A DNA stretch of 63,515 nucleotides, the filler included, from Octopus bimaculoides (taxonomy: Eukaryota): assembly GCF_001194135.2 (NCBI RefSeq). It is 6 parts of 6 records of this genome, joined end to end, with 100 filler letters (N's around TTAATTAATTAA, not from the genome) between each part and the next. Parts side by side here need not be neighbours in the genome. Positions count along the whole stretch, not along the records: positions 23,668 to 55,034 come from NC_068982.1; positions 55,135 to 58,270 come from NC_068983.1; 4 more parts are not named here. One strand, 5' to 3'. The number at the start of each line of letters is the position of its first letter. Position 1 is the first letter of the stretch. Below are positions 40,836 through 55,162 of the stretch, piece after piece. The translations under genes were made by a program, and so were the position numbers. The notes under the pieces are model-generated. The model did not search any database. It was not told where the DNA came from and saw only the letters and a list, made by a program, of their open reading frames with translations.

Positions 40836-41932
40836 TCATGCCTTTAATATAAGCACCACTATACGAGTGTTCTGCTTTAAAAGAAAAATAGCTTTAGTAA
40901 CTACAAACATTGCCATTATAATGTTATTAAACAATTTAGTTTATTTAATAGCTAAAGTTCATGTAGCAATGCCTAAAGACTCGATTTAGCGGCTTAACTG
41001 CCGATTGTATAGAATGACTTACACTGCAAATATTATTGTGTGTCACTATGTATGTGCGTGTGCACACATGTTTTGATAAGAGATGTTTTCAATGATCACA
41101 CGTTTATCTCCTGTGCTGAACCTCAGTGTAATCACTTTACAATTGTTAAACTGGTCCTAAGTTGATATTACAATACATCATACTAAGGCTGGCTGGCTTT
41201 TCTGATCTAGTTAAATAAAACTGTTTATTTTTTCTCTCTCACACATCACTCCTTTGCGAATCCTGATCTGGTTTAGTCGCTTAATATGTTTTCTTTCAAC
41301 TAAACTGGTGAGACCTCCGCCTTAAACTTCGCATTTGTTTATACAGTTTTGTAGCAATAAATTAAAGAACTCTGAAATATTACTGGACTTAAATAGCTAT
41401 GTAAAGGACTTTGAAGAAAAACAAACCACCATAATGGGTTTATTTTATTTTTGTATTTTTTCTTTTGTTATATATACTATTTTTTGTGTGGGCAGCGAGA
41501 GAGAATACGAAACTACATTTTTGCCGTACAACAGAGTTAGATTGTGCTTATTGAATATTCATTTAAAATTGTACTTGTTAAGAAATAGAAATAAATATAG
41601 ATGACAAGTGAATCGTAGGAGAAATATTTAAGAACAAATAAAATTCTGTGGATGACCTAATAGTCGCAGCATTGAAGTAAAATACGTCCTCTTGCTAACA
41701 TGTAAGATAATTGCAATGGTAAGAATTTTCAATCACACTTATAGACACTGTACATGGAATTAGAATTGTAAGGTACCTAGACTAAGGTTTCATCTGGATA
41801 AACACACCTCTTCAGTTTACCTTAATGCAAATTTTGTAGGAAATCACAAAACTATCTTGTTGCAAAACATGGTGGCATTGATGGAAAGCAGATTATATTC
41901 GATTATAAAACTGGTGCAAAGTCTGCCTAAAA

Positions 41933-42242
41933 CAGGAGTTCTCAATCGGGGTCCATATAAGATTCTTGGCGGTCTATAGATGCAATATAGTAAATTGGGG
42001 TCCATAATAATTTCTCAGGAGCCATGCAAAATTTGTGCTTCAGACCAGTAAAGTTCATGTGCAATAAATTGGTTATACGTCCAAAATACACACTATATCT
42101 TAACATTTTTATATCAGTCCTAATAATATTTAGTTATAAAAATACAATAGGATTTTTAATACATCGAATGGCACTGAGGGTCCACCCAAGTAAACTAGGA
42201 ATCAAAGGGGTCGATAGGTAAAAAAATGGTTGAGAACCACTG
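41933..42242. mobile_element. hAT (Charlie-like) MITE
   Basis: TIRs CAGGAGTTCTCAA / TTGAGAACCACTG resemble the CAGTGGTTCTCAA hAT termini. The 8-bp flanks are only partly similar. Confidence 0.7.
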
Positions 42243-42259
42243 GTCAAAAAGATTATAAC

Positions 42260-42705
42260 ATTTGGCCATGATCCTATAATATTGGTTTCGTATTTTGCTG
42301 GTAAGTCGGTTGCACCGATTCCAGTCCTCAATTAGTACTTATTTAGTCGACCCCGAAAGGATGAAAGGTAAAGTTGATCTCGGCAGAATTTGAACTCAGA
42401 GAGGGTAAAGACGGACGAATTGCCGCTAAACATTTTGCTCGGCGTTCTAACGTTTCTGTCAATTTGCCACCTTACGGCCATAGATCATGTTGTGAAATGT
42501 GGTTTAGCACAAGGCCAGCAGTTTCGGATTTAAGTCGATTACATCGATCCCGGTGCTCAACTGGTACTTATTTTATCATTTCCCAAAGAATGAAAGGCAA
42601 AGTCGACCTCGGTGAAATTTGAACTCAGAACGTAAAGACGGATGAAATGCCGCTAAGCATTTTGTTCGACGTGCTAACAATCCTGCTAGTTCGCCGACTT
42701 ACGAC
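42260..42705 (-). mobile_element. Two tandem SINE family A copies
   Basis: Reverse-complement cores at about 42340 and 42570. Flanking ttacggccatagat / ttacgaccatagat are near-duplicates. Confidence 0.85.
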
Positions 42706-43323
42706 CATAGATAATATTATCAAATACGATGACAGTGTTTTGATGTTATGATATAAATTATAGCGAAAACGCACGCCCCACAATATTTTATATAATTTTA
42801 TTACAATTTTATTGAAGCGCGCAATTATTGAATATGACAGATAAATTAACCTTTGGATGTTACAATCAATTACATTTTCTCTCTCTCTCCATACCTCACG
42901 CCTTCTTCCTTCCCTTCTCCATCTCTCTCGTGTCTCTCTTTGTCTGACTTTCTCTTCTTTGGGTTATACACAATGACAGAAGACGAAAAGTTAAATTTGA
43001 AATCCTAGTTGCTTTTGTTAACAACAATATATATTACAGACGTTTAATTATCTAGATATTCTTTTATATATATGATATGAAGTTTCATATGACAATTACT
43101 GCTCTCCGATTTCCGTCAAAGAGTGAGGGAATATCACAGCATCCTTTGTATACAGCGCTAATTTATTTGATTAAATTCCTAAATAAACTATTATGCATGT
43201 TCCCACTGTATAATTAAGTGATTAGTTCAAGGACTCAGTTAATTTATAAAATATATACGTGTGCGCGCGTGACAGAAAGAAAGAGATATTTATATGTGTG
43301 CATATATATGCGTGTGTGTGTGC

Positions 43324-43357
<34 letters not shown>

Positions 43358-44124
43358 NNNNNNNNNNNNNNNNNNNNNNNNNNNNNNNNNNNNNNNNNNN
43401 NNNNNNNNNNNNNNNNNNNNNNNNNNNNNNNNNNNNNNNNNNNNNNNNNNNNNNNNNNNNNNNNNNNNNNNNNNNNNNNNNNNNNNNNNNNNNNNNNNNN
43501 NNNNNNNNNNNNNNNNNNNNNNNNNNNNNNNNNNNNNNNNNNNNNNNNNNNNNNNNNNNNNNNNNNNNNNNNNNNNNNNNNNNNNNNNNNNNNNNNNNNN
43601 NNNNNNNNNNNNNNNNNNNNNNNNNNNNNNNNNNNNNNNNNNNNNNNNNNNNNNNNNNNNNNNNNNNNNNNNNNNNNNNNNNNNNNNNNNNNNNNNNNNN
43701 NNNNNNNNNNNNNNNNNNNNNNNNNNNNNNNNNNNNNNNNNNNNNNNNNNNNNNNNNNNNNNNNNNNNNNNNNNNNNNNNNNNNNNNNNNNNNNNNNNNN
43801 NNNNNNNNNNNNNNNNNNNNNNNNNNNNNNNNNNNNNNNNNNNNNNNNNNNNNNNNNNNNNNNNNNNNNNNNNNNNNNNNNNNNNNNNNNNNNNNNNNNN
43901 NNNNNNNNNNNNNNNNNNNNNNNNNNNNNNNNNNNNNNNNNNNNNNNNNNNNNNNNNNNNNNNNNNNNNNNNNNNNNNNNNNNNNNNNNNNNNNNNNNNN
44001 NNNNNNNNNNNNNNNNNNNNNNNNNNNNNNNNNNNNNNNNNNNNNNNNNNNNNNNNNNNNNNNNNNNNNNNNNNNNNNNNNNNNNNNNNNNNNNNNNNNN
44101 NNNNNNNNNNNNNNNNNATATATA

Positions 44125-45000
44125 TCGCTGAACACCCGATGCTGGTGTGTTCACGTCTCCGTAAACTAGCGGTTCGGCAAAAGAGACCGATAGAATAAGT
44201 ACTAGACTTACGAAAGAATAAATCCTGGAGTTAATTTTTTCGACGGATGGCTGCGCTCCAGCATGGCCGCAGTCAAATGACTGAACAAGTAAAAGAATAA
44301 AAGTATGACCATTATTTGTATTTCACTCATGCGATGAGCTAGCAGAATCGTTAGCGCGCTGGCCAAGGTATTTAGCGGCATTTCGTCCGTCTTTATATTC
44401 TGAGTTCAAATTCCGCCGAGGTCAACTTTGCATTTCATCATTTTGGGTTGATAAAATAAGCATCTGTTGAGTACTGTGGTCGATGTTATCGACTAGCTCT
44501 TCCCCAACAACTTTTCACTAATTTCAGGCCTTGTGCCTATAGTAAAAAGGATTGTTCGTATTTCATTAAGGCTGCGAGCTGGTGTAATCGTTACCACACC
44601 GGACAAAATGCTTAGCGGCATTTTTTTCCAGCTGTACATTTCGAGTTCACATTCCGCAGAGGTCTGCTCTGCCTTTCATCCTTTCGGTGTAGATAAAATA
44701 AAGCTTCAGTCAAGTATTGATATCGTCTAACCCCACTGCCCTAACATTACTGGCTTTGTGCCAAAATTTAAAACCATTGTTATTAGGTGGGTAAGCTGGC
44801 AGAATCCCTAGCACGCCGAGCAAAACTCAGCGGTATTACTTCAGGCATTTCGTTCTGAATTCAAATTTCCGCAAGATCTATTTCGTTTTTTATCCTTACA
44901 AGGTCGATAAAATAAGTACCAATTGAATAGCGGAGTTAATGTAACCGTCTAACCATTGTATCCCCCAAATCCCAGGCCTTGGGCCTGTAATAGAAATGAT
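44125..45000 (+). mobile_element. SINE cluster: family B tail followed by three head-to-tail family A copies
   Basis: Heads at about 44330, 44570 and 44785. A further minus-strand copy lies at 45295-45445. Confidence 0.85.
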
Positions 45001-45966
45001 TATTTGTATTTTACAATTAACTCATGAAACTTAAATACAACTTCGCTTTTGTATCTGGTTTGTAAGATTCTTTATGTGAATTCGTGTGTTGAAGCAAATT
45101 ATGTTGTGCCTGGAGAGAGTCATATTGTCTTAATGCCTTATTATCTTGCACACTCATGGGTTCGATTTCCACTCATTTATTTATTTTTTTTTTCTTCCAA
45201 AATTTTCGTTGCTTTCGGAACCTTGTCAATGGATGTTGACTCTGTCCTTTATTAGAGCTGCTGATTTTGGATACAAAGTTCAAGTTAAAATATTGGCTTC
45301 AAATTTTGGCACAAGGCCAGCAGTTTTAGTGGGAGTGACTAAGTCGACTAAACTAACTCCAGTATTCAATTGGTACTTTTTTTATCGACCCCGAAAGGAT
45401 GAAAGTAAAAGACGAGCCCGGCGGAATTTGAAACTCAAGTTGAAATATTAAACACAATTAACTTATTTACTGTCATCAAAATAATATCGTGCTTAGAATA
45501 AATTTCAATGGAAATGTTTGAAAAAATAAAAAGACCCGTTAAATCCTGGGATTGTGTCCTTATTCCATTAATGTACCCTAAATGTGAATTGAATTATCAC
45601 AGAAGATAAAAGTCAGACCACAATATGGCCATGAATTACATCATTCCATATAAGCCCATAATTCATTTACTTTATTTCAGAATATGGAATGATTCGTTTA
45701 GTTAGAAAAATTAATTCCGGCTTAATATAATAGTTGTGTTTATATATAACTATCCCCATTCTAATTCTACGTCTTCTTGTAGAGTTGTGTTATGTAATAA
45801 ATTAACAGGGGTGAATGCGCGTGGCCAAGCGGTTTGAGATGTCATTTCATGATCATGACGTTGTGGATTCAATTCCTGGATTGGTTTACACATTATGCGG
45901 TTACTAGTTCATCTTGCTCTAGTTTACTTAACTCTTAACTGTAAATATCAACAAAGTGCACTTCAG

Positions 45967-45997
<31 letters not shown>

Positions 45998-46764
45998 CCT
46001 CTCTCTCTCTCTCTAGCTATCATATCCTGGATGTATCGCTAAGTCAAGAATGAACAGGTTGAAGAGAATGTCTATACTTGCGACTACATGAGCTCCTAAA
46101 ACAATTAGTAAAAGCGTGACGCATTTTACCCTACCACACTCACTTGAGAGTAACAGTCGACTATACTGTAAATTAACGGATGTCTGGAATAAATAGAACA
46201 TCCTCTTCGTATATCCATCACATTAAAAAGTAATAATTGTTGATGATGCTAATGTTAGTGGTGGTGGTGGTGGTAGCGGTTGTTGTCGTCCTAGTTCGGC
46301 CCTAATTCAGATATGTGATCAAACATTGTAACAGCTGTGACCATTCTTTTCACTTTTTCTTCAAACATAACTTTTCTCGGACTACGTTATTAAATATCCT
46401 TCATTTTCGGTGACGATAGGATGTGTTTTGTGAAAGATTTGGCGAACGATTGTGAAGAGTATTCTAAGAAATGTAGGTATAATTTAGAACCTATATTCTC
46501 TTTGCTGTCATCGGAATCTCTGACTTATAAAGTACAGATGAAAGAAGATCTGAAGTACAATTACTCGTAGAATGTAAATTTTTTACTTTTGGGAAATTGC
46601 AGGTCCGCAGGCGCAAACCCCTATCAGATAGGAATTTAACACTGGTGCAATACAGTTTTCAAGGAGGGGGCTCCTCAATGCGGTCATTTGTGTGGAGCGA
46701 AACAAGCTAAATCTCTCTCAAATCACAACCTACAGTCTTAGAAAAGAAGGACGTATTAGATAAA

Positions 46765-46809
46765 TAGCGGTTGAGTAGACATAATTATCTGAACACTGGG
46801 TCAGTGTGG

Positions 46810-46867
<58 letters not shown>

Positions 46868-46936
46868 CCACACTGACCCAGTGTTCAGTATCCACACTGA
46901 CCCAGTGTTCAGATAATTATGTCTACTCAACCGCTA
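46765..46936. repeat. Perfect 49-bp inverted repeat centred on (TA)n, with a 24-bp duplication in the right arm
   Basis: tagcggttgagtagacataattatctgaacactgggtcagtgtggatac and its exact reverse complement. tatccacactgacccagtgttcag occurs twice (46865 and 46889). Confidence 0.95.
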
Positions 46937-47404
46937 ACAAGGTCTGGGGCACAATTGAATGCAACTTCAAAGACATCTCCAGTTTTAATTATTTGTTATC
47001 CATGCATTCAGTTTTGTAACGAATATCTATTGCCAAAATATGGATAAATAATGTCTTTGCATTTATTTATTTCAATAGGAGGTTATATTTCAATGATATA
47101 TATAATACATTTGCTTGGTATCGTTTACAGTTAAAAAGAAGGAAGGAAAAAAATGTTTAAATTAGAACAGAATTTTTTCTTTTCCTACTGTCTCTTCTCT
47201 CTCCGATCTCATTCATTCCCTTTCACAACCCGTCACTCTCTGCTAAATAGCCAGCCGGTTGTAACAAGATGTTATTAATATCTTATTAACTTCAGAGGTT
47301 ATTCGGGACGAAGTAGGGTCGCACCACATTCTTTTACAGTCCGGCCCAGAAAGAAAACTAATGCGGCAAGTTGATATGTGATACATGACTGTGACACACA
47401 CACA

Positions 47405-48175
47405 CACACACACAGCTGTGGGGTAAGAATCGTGTTTCCCAACTACGTGGTTTCGGGTTCAGAGCTAGAGCGTGGAACCTTAGGCAAGTGTCTTCTATTA
47501 TAGTCCCGAGCCGAGCAAAGCATGGTGAATGAATTTGGTAGCCGATTATGAAAGATGCCCGTTTCATATAAATCTCTGTGTGTGTGTGTGTGTGTGTGTG
47601 CTTGTATTTGTACCCCACGACCACCCACAGGCTATGAAAAAAACAGTACTGGGGTCGATTTGCTCAACTAAACACTTCAATGCGGTGCTCCAGCATGGCC
47701 GCAGTCCAATGACTGAAACAAGTAAAAGATAAAAGATACAGGTCGAATAGATGGATCTCGGTCGGTTTCGAGATGCAAATTCAGTTGTTCAGTCAACTGA
47801 ATTACCTGCTCATTGTATCAATGTAGCTGTGTATTCCCCATACACAGTCGCTGTGTATTCCCCACACACGTGTACTGTCTTTGCCTGTTTGTCTCTTTCG
47901 TTATACATTATTTTTCCTGTTCTCCTCAGACCTCATCTTTTCTTGCTATCACACTTTTGTCTCAATGCGTAGTAATAGGAACTACATTCCTGGCAAAATA
48001 TCTTCCTCAGTTTCGTCTGTCTTTACGTTCTGAGTTCAAATTCCGCCAAGGTCGACTTTGCCTTTCATCCTTTCGGAGTCGATAAATTAAGTACCGGCTG
48101 CGTACTGGGGTTGAGCTAATGGACTGGCCCCCTCCCCCAAAATTTCGAGCCTTGTGCCTAGAGTAGAAAAGATCT
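47405..48175 (+). mobile_element. SINE family B (47405-47735) and SINE family A partial (48005-48175)
   Basis: Family signatures as described above. Confidence 0.8.
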
Positions 48176-48524
48176 TCCTCAGTTAATAGATTTGCACGCG
48201 CGCGCGCGTACATATATATATATACACATAGATTCTGAAACTTATATATATATATATATATATATNNNNNNNNNNNNNNNNNNNNNNNNNNNNNNNNNNN
48301 NNNNNNNNNNNNNNNNNNNNNNNNNNNNNNNNNNNNNNNNNNNNNNNNTATATATAGTTTCTGAGACTAAACAGAAGCATGACAAAGGAACGAACAGAAG
48401 GAAAATTCACACACACGACATGAACACGCCCATTCCTCGTCAGTTATCGTCCAAAAATTATTACAATTTCACATCACTTAAATATGCGCACGCACACTCA
48501 CACACATACACACACACAGATAGG

Positions 48525-48578
<54 letters not shown>

Positions 48579-49628
48579 TAAGAATAAGAATAAGAATGGA
48601 GAAAATCACATCTTTAATTGCTGATTACACCGAACATTATTAACGTTATATATATATATGTAAGAACGACCGTGCGAACCGAAAGGAGAAATGGTGATGA
48701 ATGGAAAACAGGCTCCTTTTTTAACGCATCACACGGTCGACACAAAATATAATGATATATATGTTATAATTCTATAACATAGAGAACTAAGAAGTTTGCC
48801 AGAAAGATACAAGATAGGAACGCAACCGATAATGATGTATAACAGCAAGATTTATTGGAGCATTAAACTGTATGTCTGTGTGTGAGTGAATGCGACATAA
48901 TGAAACACAATATAAGACTGGCCGTCATGTAAACAAAAGAGTGTGTGCAAGCAATACATGTATGTGTATGTGAATGCATGAGATATAGAGTATAGGCAAG
49001 AGTCAGTAACACGGATAAGGAAATACCAGTTCTGTTGAGGTACACAGTTAGATTGTAGGTCTGTATGTAAGTAGTTAAGGTTAAAGCAGAGCGGTCACTC
49101 GTCGTGATGTTGGGGCTTCTATGCCGGGCCGGATTCTTGAATACAAATGTTCTTCGCAGGCTGAATTCTGGCTATTAATTTCGTGGTGAGCAAATCACAC
49201 AAACAGGGTTGAGAAGCTGCGGTGGCTGTTGGTAGCTTGTGTACGTGGAGAAGTCATGTTGACGCTGGCGACGGTGCTAGTAGTATGTAGTTGAAGTGGT
49301 TGTTGATGTCGTCGCTGGAACTGGCTGGTTGGTTGGTACTGTGTTACGCGTGTGTGTGGTCAAACGACCAGATCTTAGAAGATCTGAGCCGCGACGAATT
49401 GCCGGGGATAATTTAGGCTATTTACAGATACAGATAGGCTCCAGAGAAGCATCAGAAGAACACTCTCACGTGACCTTATTAGGGGCTATGGTTGGTCGAT
49501 TTGCGTCCTGGCGGCAAATGGAGTGGAGACAATTGCCGCTCAAATAATAGTCAGTCAGGTGATGACAGGGAAAGAGTTGCTTTCTACTACGCTCGCCTGT
49601 TAATATATATACTAGTGAGAGAAGTGTT

Positions 49629-49698
<70 letters not shown>

Positions 49699-50839
49699 GT
49701 GTGTGTGTGTGTGTATGCATTTGTATATATGAACGTTAACTATGGTACAAAAGAAAGGTCAAAAGCCGTCACTCGATATGTTGACTAACGCGAATTAATT
49801 AGATATAATAGATGGTTATGGATTAATTAGAATTAATCAAAGCAAAAATTAAATTTAAAATTAATGAAATTAATTAATTATTTAATTAATATACACGATT
49901 AATTCCAATTAGTTTACACATGCAATGATAGCTAAAATCGTTGGTTAAAATCCATTTAAAACTCTATTTTGGAAACCAAACACCACTTACGTACTAGCAT
50001 TATGTATGTGTGTAAACGTATGAATATGTGTGTATATGTGTCTCTCTCTCTCTCTCTCTCTCTCTATTGATATATATATATATTTACACACACACACATA
50101 TATATATAATTGTGAATGAGTTGAGTGTGACTATGTATGATAATATATGTGTGGGTATATATATAATATGGTGGGGACGGGGAAAGAATTGAATCTATCA
50201 TGGGAAGCCTTCAATTGTTTCTATCCAAAAGGGTTTTTCAATCCAATATTTACATGCTGCTATTTATAGCTTTATACAGGGCGGAAAAGACGGACGTTTT
50301 TGAAAAATTCCCAAAATCATTAATTTTAGCTGCAAATAAATTTTATTAACATCAATGTGTTTGTATTCACATTTGTCAAAATTGTAGGATATAGGGCCAC
50401 CATCATTGGGTAACCCTATCCCGTAGAAATCAATTCTCTTCAATAAAAACGAACACGCTGGATAAATTGAATAACAGCATAACAAATATTTATTATGAGG
50501 TGTTCAGCCTACATCTCGGGTAACGGAATTGCCAGGTCGCCCTTTATGGCTGGTGTGAAGACAGTGTCCATGCTGGTTGATTAAGTCATTCTTCAGCCTC
50601 CGAAAAAGTTTGCTTGACTCAAAGGTAGAGTTACGGAGCGGCTCTTAGTGGTCCAGTGTCTTCGAAGGTCCAGCGCTAAGAGGTTCAGAAAAGGCGGGAA
50701 TGCTTTGATATAGGATGACCACGCATGCGCATGAGGGACTTCCTGCATGCCTTCCGGAAGACATGTCCCTGTGCACATGCGTGGACGAACTTCCCAAAAT
50801 GGCGACTGGTATTTGGCGTCACTACAAAATCAAGAGTGG

Positions 50840-51300
50840 AAAACAACATCCATCATGTGGTGACCTCTTCATTGATGCATTTCTGAAGGCGTTTTTGGAA
50901 GTTGGCCTCCACTCTCTCTAGCATTGCTCTGTCGATCTGGGCGACTTCCACGCGAATAGATTCCTTCAAATCGTTCAATGTATGGGGCTTATGCGCATAC
51001 ACACGTGAAATAAACATCAGAGATATTTTTCCCACGCAGAAACTGCTGGAGCTACTCAGGGATTTTGCAAGCTCTTCTAAATTCGTCGTGATGATGGAAA
51101 ACCTTCCGTGTCGTCAGCAGGAATTTCAGGAATTTAGCCTGTACGCATTAACAAGTTCGTTTTGTATCTATGTGGCCCCACGTCCGGTTCACTGCATGGC
51201 ATCTTCAACAAGCTTAATTTTCAATGACCTCGGGTTGACCCCCAGTTGTAGACGAAATTGAGGAAGACAGAAACTGCATAAAGTCCGTCAGTGGATTGTA
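50840..51300 (-). mobile_element. IS630-Tc1-mariner transposase remnant, internally deleted
   Basis: VYAHKPHTLNDLKESIRVEVAQIDRAMLERVEANFQKRLQKCINE/GHHMMDVVFHS* matches the transposase C-terminus VY..KP.TL..LK..I..E...I...ML..V..NF..RL..CI...G.H. The catalytic DDD region is missing. Confidence 0.75.
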
Positions 51301-54300
51301 CTCGTAATTCACAAGATACAGTCGTGTTACACATTGTCAAGTTGAGTCTGCTGAGAATTACATAACGGATACACGTGACTGTGAAATACGCAGCCACTTA
51401 CGCCTTTATTCAGGAGCAGGTAATTCAGCTGATCAAACGTTTGAATTCTATTCGTTGAACGACGGAGTCCTTCCACCATATGTAGAAACGCGTGTGTTTG
51501 TGATTGTGAGCGTTTATTGCACTATATAAGTAAAAAAAAACTGTGAAAGAACTCAATTTTCATGGAAGAGCGAAAATAATTATCTTATAGTGTACACAGC
51601 ACAACCATGGATATGCAGGCTGCCATTGGTTTCGTGTATCGATTTGTATTCTATCTAGGATCTTAGAAATGTAGCTTTAAATTTTCGTTAGAGCTGACTG
51701 AAAACCACAATGGTTACTTAATGTAATCTGGAAATATAGGGGGAAAAATGAGAGAGAAAATGATTTATTGATTATAAGATAAAGAAGATCTGGTGATGGT
51801 GCCAAGATAAAACGTAGTCACTGCTCAAAAAAGTACGAGCGAACGAATAGTTAGATGCTTCGGAGGGTGCAAGAGACTTAAAGACGAGAAGACAATCCCT
51901 GTAATGCTAGTGACGCAATGAAAAGCGCCCAGTGCTCTTTGTAAAATGGATGACGATGGGAATGGTCTCCATCTGTAGAAACCCTGCCAAAAATGGAACA
52001 TACGTGGGAAGGCAGTCCTTGACCGAGCTACAACACTAATTTTGAACAGGAGTCGACTCAGACAGTGACGACTAGTCCCATCCATGCCAGTATAGAAACG
52101 TGGACGTAAGATGATCATGCACGCATGTAATACAAAAATGTGGCACAGAGATTCAGGAAGAAATTTGCAATAAAATCTTTGTCGTAGTCATTTCACTCGC
52201 TTTGCTTAATTAATACCTTTCGCGGGGTTGTGGAAGATGCCCTCCTCCTCCTCCTCCTCCTCATCATCATCATCATCATAATTTCCATTTTTCTATGCTT
52301 TGCATGGGTCACCCTAGCAGTCAAAAGTCTTGTCACTTTATTTGATCACAAAGAAGGTTTAGCAGTTGACTCCATTGCAGTCTATTAGTGCATATATATG
52401 TACTAGTTTGTTTGTGTGTGTGAATATATACTCACATACATTTACACAAATATATATATATATATAATGGAAATAATATATACATATGGGTGCGTGTAGT
52501 AATCTATATATTGGATTATGTTGTTGTTATTGCTATATATCCTTTTGTCCTTGTAAAATTAAATTAAGCCAGGTTGAAGCAAAAGACAAAATAAATTAAT
52601 ATGTTTCTCCTTTTTCTTTTTTTATATTTATTTCTGAAAGGAAATATTGTCTACATATCAAAAAATAGCATCAAGTTACCTAAATCCCCACTAAAATATT
52701 TTTAGAATACAACCTCAATAGGATGCAACAAGTTATAATACTTATTATAACCTTGAAATCACGTTATAACATGCAGTAGCATTTTGGCTTCGCTTTGTGG
52801 AATTTTTATACAGGTTCTGAAATGCATATAACAAAGCACATTTTAATTACATATATGCAAATGAATTTATTTGAATTTTACGATGTCAATACAAACATTT
52901 GTGCACAGACACAAACACCACAAACAGAGTTTTATTGGAAAGAAGGTTTGTGGTTTTTGTGGTAGTTCATTAGTAACAAATCTCTGTCAATCACGTGAAT
53001 GACCTTATTTCAGATGTGTAGATTATATGTATATAAGATGTAGATTATGTGTAAATAAGGTGTAGATGATGTGTGCATATATAACAGAAATACTATTTCA
53101 AATATGTGAGCAGGACTTCAAAATGGATGTATTGTTTTATTTGGAGTTTGTGAAAAGACAAGTTCTCTGAATATTCAGAATTCAAAATTAAGTTGAACCT
53201 AATTTTGTGGGATGCAGGTTTTACAAAGTTATGCAGGAGATGACCATGTAAGAAGATCATTGGATATTGAGTCCTAGTATTTGTAGTGAGGATCTATTTA
53301 CTTGAAATGCATGTGATTATATAATGATTGGTCTTAGTGCTGTTAAAGGAAACTAGATTGTCATGTCTCCATTGGAGGATGCATTTGAGATTTGTATATG
53401 GAAGCAGAGCAAGTCTGGTTTGTGGCATATATGGCATATAGGTTGCTTGGTAATAATTTGTGGGGTGGGGGGGGGGCTTAAGTTGTGAAGACTGGTACTG
53501 TCTGCATAAGAGTGTAAATGTAGTTAGAAATAACAGTATACGACTTAACTATGATACAGTCAAGTTGATAAAAAGGAAAGACCTACCAGCACAAACTGCA
53601 GATAAACAGACTGAGAAAAAAATTTCTATTATAAAAGATAATAGGTTCATGGACACTATAGACAGGTAACTTATATAGAAAGTCTCTTGTCAGAGACTGT
53701 CAAAAGCTTTATTCATATCAAGGTTCTGAAGAGTGAGAAAACAATAATTGTGCAACATAAGATAACAAGTAGCGAGTAAATTTGGTTGGATGGAAACCAT
53801 ATTGTTGGTCACTGAAAAGATAGGGTCAAGCTAACAAAGATGTTGGTTGCTTAAGACCGTTTTTAGTCAATAATCCTTTAGAGGTCAATAAAACTATAGT
53901 CGGCTGTGTTACAGAGAATGCTTTTCTAGTGAATGCTAAACTGTTTCATGTTTCTATAAAATAAAATTTATAAAGAATATTCAAAAGGAATATTTTATTG
54001 AACTTATATTAAGTGCTCTATTACTTTGAGCAAATAGATATATACATATATATGTTTTTATATTATTAATAAAATTAATAAAATTATTAACAATATTCAA
54101 AAGAAATCAATATTCAAAAATTTCTGAAAGATATATATTTTGTATGACACAGTAATCATTTTGAATTATAATTAAATTAAAATTAAAGGTATACAAAATA
54201 TAAATGCATATGAAAAATATAAATGTATATAAAAATATATCCGTACATAAATGTATATAAAAATGTATGCGTAATTGAGTATAAGTATAATTTGATTAAA

Positions 54301-55162
54301 ATATTATGAAAGTTTAAAATGCATCTTACGATCGTTTCACGGATATTATTGTCTTTATAATGTAATCTAATATACATAAGCATATTGGCAATAATTCCGC
54401 TCTTCAGAGATGTATAAAGTTATTATATATGTGTGAAAAAACGAATGGCATGTAAAATAAAATGTTATAGGATGATATTAATTAAAATGTTAAAAAATAT
54501 TAAGAATATTAAAAATATTAAAATATATGCTGTCCTTTGAGAATTTATAAATGTAATCCCTCATATACTTTGGAAAATTCATATTTTTCATTTGTAGAAA
54601 TTTTATATGATATATAGTTTTTTTGAAGTTGTTATATTTATAAAATGGAATAGATTCCTATAGAGAGAGAGAAAGATGAAAGATAGTACAGTCCAACTAA
54701 TGTAAATAGTGTACTTAATGACTAAAGAGTTTAGTAAAGATGATGAGTGCTAACTCTGAAGCTAACTGCTTGAGTAAAATGAAAGGTATAATATTAGGAG
54801 TGGTTGGATTGGAATAATGATGATCAGATTTTGTATTTGGTGAATGTGCATATATGGTAGTGATATGGGTGAGGTGAAGAAGAAGCATTAGGGAGGTGTA
54901 TTCTTTGTATATGTATGCAGTGTAGAGTTGCAGGAAAACCTGAACTTTACTAATAGGAGTAATACTTTCTGGAACCTTTTAAAGGACTGGTTACTTGGAA
55001 GAATCTGAAAAGTGTGTAAAGACATATCGTGGCANNNNNNNNNNNNNNNNNNNNNNNNNNNNNNNNNNNNNNNNNNNNTTAATTAATTAANNNNNNNNNN
55101 NNNNNNNNNNNNNNNNNNNNNNNNNNNNNNNNNNATATATATATATATATATATATATATAT

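Noticed and set aside
52900-54000. Decayed-looking, possibly coding AT-rich block
   Set aside because: All frames are interrupted by frequent stops and no family motif could be recognised.
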